A stretch of DNA of 64,000 bases from an uncultured Duganella sp. (GTDB lineage: Bacteria; Pseudomonadota; Gammaproteobacteria; Burkholderiales; Burkholderiaceae_D): positions 36,181 to 100,180 of the forward strand of contig CAUPXZ010000015.1 in assembly GCA_963515135.1 (NCBI GenBank), in the 5' to 3' direction. Position 1 is the stretch's first letter. Every line of letters begins with the position of its first letter. Shown here one piece after another: positions 61,136-64,000 of this stretch. Position numbers and translations under genes: made by a program. Under the pieces are notes generated by a model. That model was not told the origin of the DNA. It searched no databases and saw nothing but the letters and a program-made list of their open reading frames with translations.

Positions 61136-61696
61136 ATGTTTTCGATTCCTGAGCAATTTTCCAATGCGACCAAAGCTAACTTCGAAGCTCAATTCGCTAT
61201 CTTCTCGACCCTGACCAATAAAGCGTTCGAAGGCGTGGAGAAATTTGTCGACCTGAACCTGACCGCTGCCAAGGCATCGCTGGAAGAATCGTCGGCCGCT
61301 ACCAAGCAATTGCTGTCCGCAAAAGATCCACAAGAATTCTTCTCGCTGGCCGCAGCTCAGGCTCAACCAAGCGCAGAAAAAACCCTGGCTTATGGTCGTC
61401 ACCTGGCAACCATCGCCACCAGCACCGGCGCCGAATTCAGCAAGGCCGCAGAAACCCAAATCGCCGAAACCAACCGCAAGGTTATTTCGCTGGTAGACGA
61501 AGTCAGCAAAAACGCGCCAGCCGGTTCGGAAAATGCTGTTGCTCTGTTTAAATCGGCGATCGGCAATGCAAACGCCGGTTACGAGCAATTCACCAAAACC
61601 GCCAAACAGGCTGTTGAATCGTTTGAAACCAACGTCAGCTCCGCAGTAAATCAATTCAGCGCCGCTGCCGCAAAGGTAACGCCAGCTAAAAAGTAA
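61136..61696 (+). CDS. phaP: Phasin (PHA granule protein)
   Basis: [24 protein letters not shown] and NAGYEQ. GGAG RBS. Confidence 0.92.
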   Translation: MFSIPEQFSNATKANFEAQFAIFSTLTNKAFEGVEKFVDLNLTAAKASLEESSAATKQLLSAKDPQEFFSLAAAQAQPSAEKTLAYGRHLATIATSTGAEFSKAAETQIAETNRKVISLVDEVSKNAPAGSENAVALFKSAIGNANAGYEQFTKTAKQAVESFETNVSSAVNQFSAAAAKVTPAKK

Positions 61697-61732
61697 ATAG
61701 GATACCCGGCACGGTAGGGTGCCGACTCCTGG

Positions 61733-61762
61733 AAAGCCCCGGTTAATCCGGGGCTTTTTTTT
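61733..61762 (+). terminator. phaP terminator
   Basis: aaagccccgg-ttaat-ccggggc followed by T8. Confidence 0.9.
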
Positions 61763-61765
61763 ATG

Positions 61766-61825
61766 CGGGGTCAGATCCGACATTAGTGCATGAGCCCGTG
61801 TGCGATTGTGGGACCTGACCCCGGA
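61766..61825. repeat. Shorter, degenerate copy of the 27651-27740 element
   Basis: cggggtcagatcc...tgagcccgtgt.........ggacctgaccccggagttg. Confidence 0.8.
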
Positions 61826-61878
61826 GTTGCGCTAAAAACCGGCGCAAATACGCTAATTTTTAGCATGGATAGGGCGAT

Positions 61879-61911
61879 AAAAAAGCCGCACAGCTTGCGC
61901 TGGCGGCTTTT
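61879..61911 (-). terminator. Terminator of the liv operon
   Basis: aaaaaagccgc...gcggctttt. Confidence 0.75.
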
Positions 61912-61926
61912 GGGGGGTGAAGAGGC

Positions 61927-62649
61927 TTATTCGCCCAGGTAGGCGGCTTTGACGCGGGGATCGTCCAGCATGGCGCTGGCGGCGCCAGTCATGGTGATGC
62001 TGCCGGAGTCCATGACATAACCGCGATGCGCGGCTTGCAACGCGAGTTTGGCATTCTGTTCGACCAGCAGGATGGTAATCCCCTCTTTCGATACATTGCG
62101 AATCACTTCGAAAATCTTTTCGACCATAATCGGTGACAAACCCATCGATGGCTCATCCAGCAATAATAATTTTGGATGAGACATTAAGGCGCGCGCCATC
62201 GCCAGCATTTGCTGTTCACCGCCAGATAAAGTACCCGCCAATTGTTGCGAGCGTTCTTTTAAACGCGGGAATACATCAAACCATTTGGCGATATCCGATT
62301 CAATACCTGCTTTATCGTTGCGCGTATAAGCGCCCATCATCAGATTTTCAACGATCGACATGCGGGTAAATACGCCACGGCCCTCCGGCACCATTGCCAG
62401 CTTTTTTTCAACTAAATGGAAAGATTTTCTGCCTTTTAATGATTCGCCTTGATAAGTAATCGTGCCTTCGACTTTGCATGGTGGCAGCGTGCCGGTAATG
62501 GCTTTCAACGTCGTGGTTTTACCGGCGCCATTCGCGCCTATTAACGCAATTAACTCGCCCTGATTAACTTCAAGATCGATTCCCTTGACGGCTTTAATGC
62601 CGCCATATGCGACTTTCAGTCCCGATACTTTTAGAACGTTGTCGCTCAT
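61927..62649 (-). CDS. livF: Branched-chain amino-acid ABC ATPase
   Basis: GANGAGKT, VPEGR, LSGGEQQML, DEPSMGL and LVEQNA. Confidence 0.93.
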   Translation of the reverse strand: MSDNVLKVSGLKVAYGGIKAVKGIDLEVNQGELIALIGANGAGKTTTLKAITGTLPPCKVEGTITYQGESLKGRKSFHLVEKKLAMVPEGRGVFTRMSIVENLMMGAYTRNDKAGIESDIAKWFDVFPRLKERSQQLAGTLSGGEQQMLAMARALMSHPKLLLLDEPSMGLSPIMVEKIFEVIRNVSKEGITILLVEQNAKLALQAAHRGYVMDSGSITMTGAASAMLDDPRVKAAYLGE

Positions 62650-63419
62650 TAGTGCGATCCTCCCAGGTAGGCGTCAATTACCGCCTGATTGCTTTGTATT
62701 TCCGCCGGCAAACCTTCGGCGATCGGTTTGCCGTATTCCAGCACCATCAGCCGGTCGCACAAGCTCATCATCATCTTGACATCGTGTTCAATTAACAACA
62801 CCGTCTTGCCTTGCTGTTTGATTTTGATCAACAGTTCGCGTAATGCCAATTTCTCGGTCGCGTTCATGCCGGCTGCCGGTTCGTCCAGCGCCAACAGCTG
62901 CGGATCGGTGGCCAGCGCGCGTGCGATTTCCAGACGGCGCTGGTCGCCATAGGACAGGAATTTGGAGGTGCGGTTGGCGAACTGGCCGATGCCGACGAAA
63001 TCCAGCAGCTCCTGCGCCCGCTGGCGGATCGACGCCTCTTCCTCGCGCGCCGCCTTGTGGCGGAAAATCGCGCCAAACACGCCCTGCTTCGAGCGCACGT
63101 GACGGCCCACCATGACGTTTTCCAGCGCCGTCATCTCGCCGAACAGGCGGATATTCTGGAAAGTGCGGGCGATGCCTGCCTTGGCCACCTCATGTGGCGC
63201 CGATGGCGAATACGGCTTGCCGGCCAGTTCGAAGGTGCCGGTGTCCGGCTGGTACAGCCCGGTGATCACATTGAAGAACGTGGTCTTGCCGGCGCCGTTC
63301 GGGCCGATCAGGCCGTAAATCTGGCCCTGCATGATCTTGATGCCAACATCGGTCAGCGCCTGCAAACCGCCGAAACGCTTGTTGACACCGGCGATCTGGA
63401 GAATTACTTGTTCAGTCAT
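62649..63419 (-). CDS. livG: Branched-chain amino-acid ABC ATPase
   Basis: GPNGAGKT, ARTFQNIRLF, LSYGDQRRLE and DEPAAGMN. Confidence 0.93.
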   Translation of the reverse strand: MTEQVILQIAGVNKRFGGLQALTDVGIKIMQGQIYGLIGPNGAGKTTFFNVITGLYQPDTGTFELAGKPYSPSAPHEVAKAGIARTFQNIRLFGEMTALENVMVGRHVRSKQGVFGAIFRHKAAREEEASIRQRAQELLDFVGIGQFANRTSKFLSYGDQRRLEIARALATDPQLLALDEPAAGMNATEKLALRELLIKIKQQGKTVLLIEHDVKMMMSLCDRLMVLEYGKPIAEGLPAEIQSNQAVIDAYLGGSH

Positions 63420-63432
63420 TATTGCCTCTTCC

Positions 63433-64000
63433 TCACGCTGCCATGACGCCAGTCGATTGATTCTTGCTGTCGGAATCGCCATCCGGGCGATCCTCATGCT
63501 TGGGCGCGGGCCACAGGCCGGCCGGACGATTCAGCATGATCAGCACCATGGCCAGGCCGTACAGCAGCTGACGCAGCACTTCCGCCTCGATCAGCACATG
63601 GCCGAACAGCTTCTCCTGCAACGGCTCCACCACGTGACGCAGCACCTCCGGCAAGGCCGCCAGCAACGCGCCGCCCATGATGACGCCAGGAATATGGCCT
63701 ATGCCGCCCAGCACCACCATCGCCAGCACGGCGATCGACTCGGTCAGCGAGAACGATTCCGGCGACACAAAGCCCTGGAACGAGCCGAACATGGCGCCGG
63801 CGACGCCACCGAACGACGCGCCCATCGAAAACGCCAACAGTTTGACGTTGCGGGTATTGATGCCCATCGCCTTGGCGGCGATCTCATCCTCGCGGATCGC
63901 CACCCAGGCACGGCCCAGGCGCGAGTGTTGCAGGCGCGAGGTGACGAACACCACCGCCACGCACAGCAGCAGGAACAGGAAGTAATAGGCATTCACCGAA
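63433..64000 (-). CDS. livM: Branched-chain amino-acid ABC permease, 5'-truncated
   Basis: SRLGRAWVAIREDEIAA, MVVLGG and RPAGLWP. Confidence 0.9.
   Translation of the reverse strand, partial: SVNAYYFLFLLLCVAVVFVTSRLQHSRLGRAWVAIREDEIAAKAMGINTRNVKLLAFSMGASFGGVAGAMFGSFQGFVSPESFSLTESIAVLAMVVLGGIGHIPGVIMGGALLAALPEVLRHVVEPLQEKLFGHVLIEAEVLRQLLYGLAMVLIMLNRPAGLWPAPKHEDRPDGDSDSKNQSTGVMAA

Overview
A GC-rich betaproteobacterial chromosome segment. Gene content, especially the jqsA/S/R cluster, suggests Oxalobacteraceae (Duganella/Janthinobacterium-like); this is an inference. Left to right it contains: the 3' part of rne; moaA and a mobA-moeA fusion; an MFS/DeoR pair; a CoA-transferase; rmuC; a truncated globin; a CAI-1-type quorum-sensing locus (jqsA divergent from jqsS-jqsR); a YbbP-type permease and adenine/adenosine deaminase; prkA-yeaH-spoVR; tonB-exbB-exbD-exbD-TPR; ribF-ileS-lspA-coaBC-dut; an accessory-looking stretch (degenerate M48 lipoprotein, adhesin-E-like protein, a 42-aa small membrane ORF, XdhC, DMT, AlkA, methyltransferase, AlbA-like MerR, DUF29) ending at tRNA-fMet; nudix-aat-ate-pyrD-tas; a TonB-dependent receptor; an MCP; a sulfate-uptake cluster (sbp-hydrolase-Prx6-TSUP-cysTWA-cbl); dgkA; IclR; pbpG; nitroreductase; DMT; phasin; and livMGF. 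No CRISPR array, integrase or transposase was seen. The best leads are: (1) a MerR-type promoter (19-bp spacer, perfect 10-bp dyad) driving a carboxyl-methyltransferase-family gene ahead of an AlbA-like drug-binding regulator, a candidate sense/sequester/methylate resistance module; (2) two FNR-type boxes in the jqsA-jqsS divergent promoter, with a globin directly downstream of jqsA; (3) a family of long palindromic elements sitting just after terminators. All family assignments come from recognised motifs and recall; no database searches were run.
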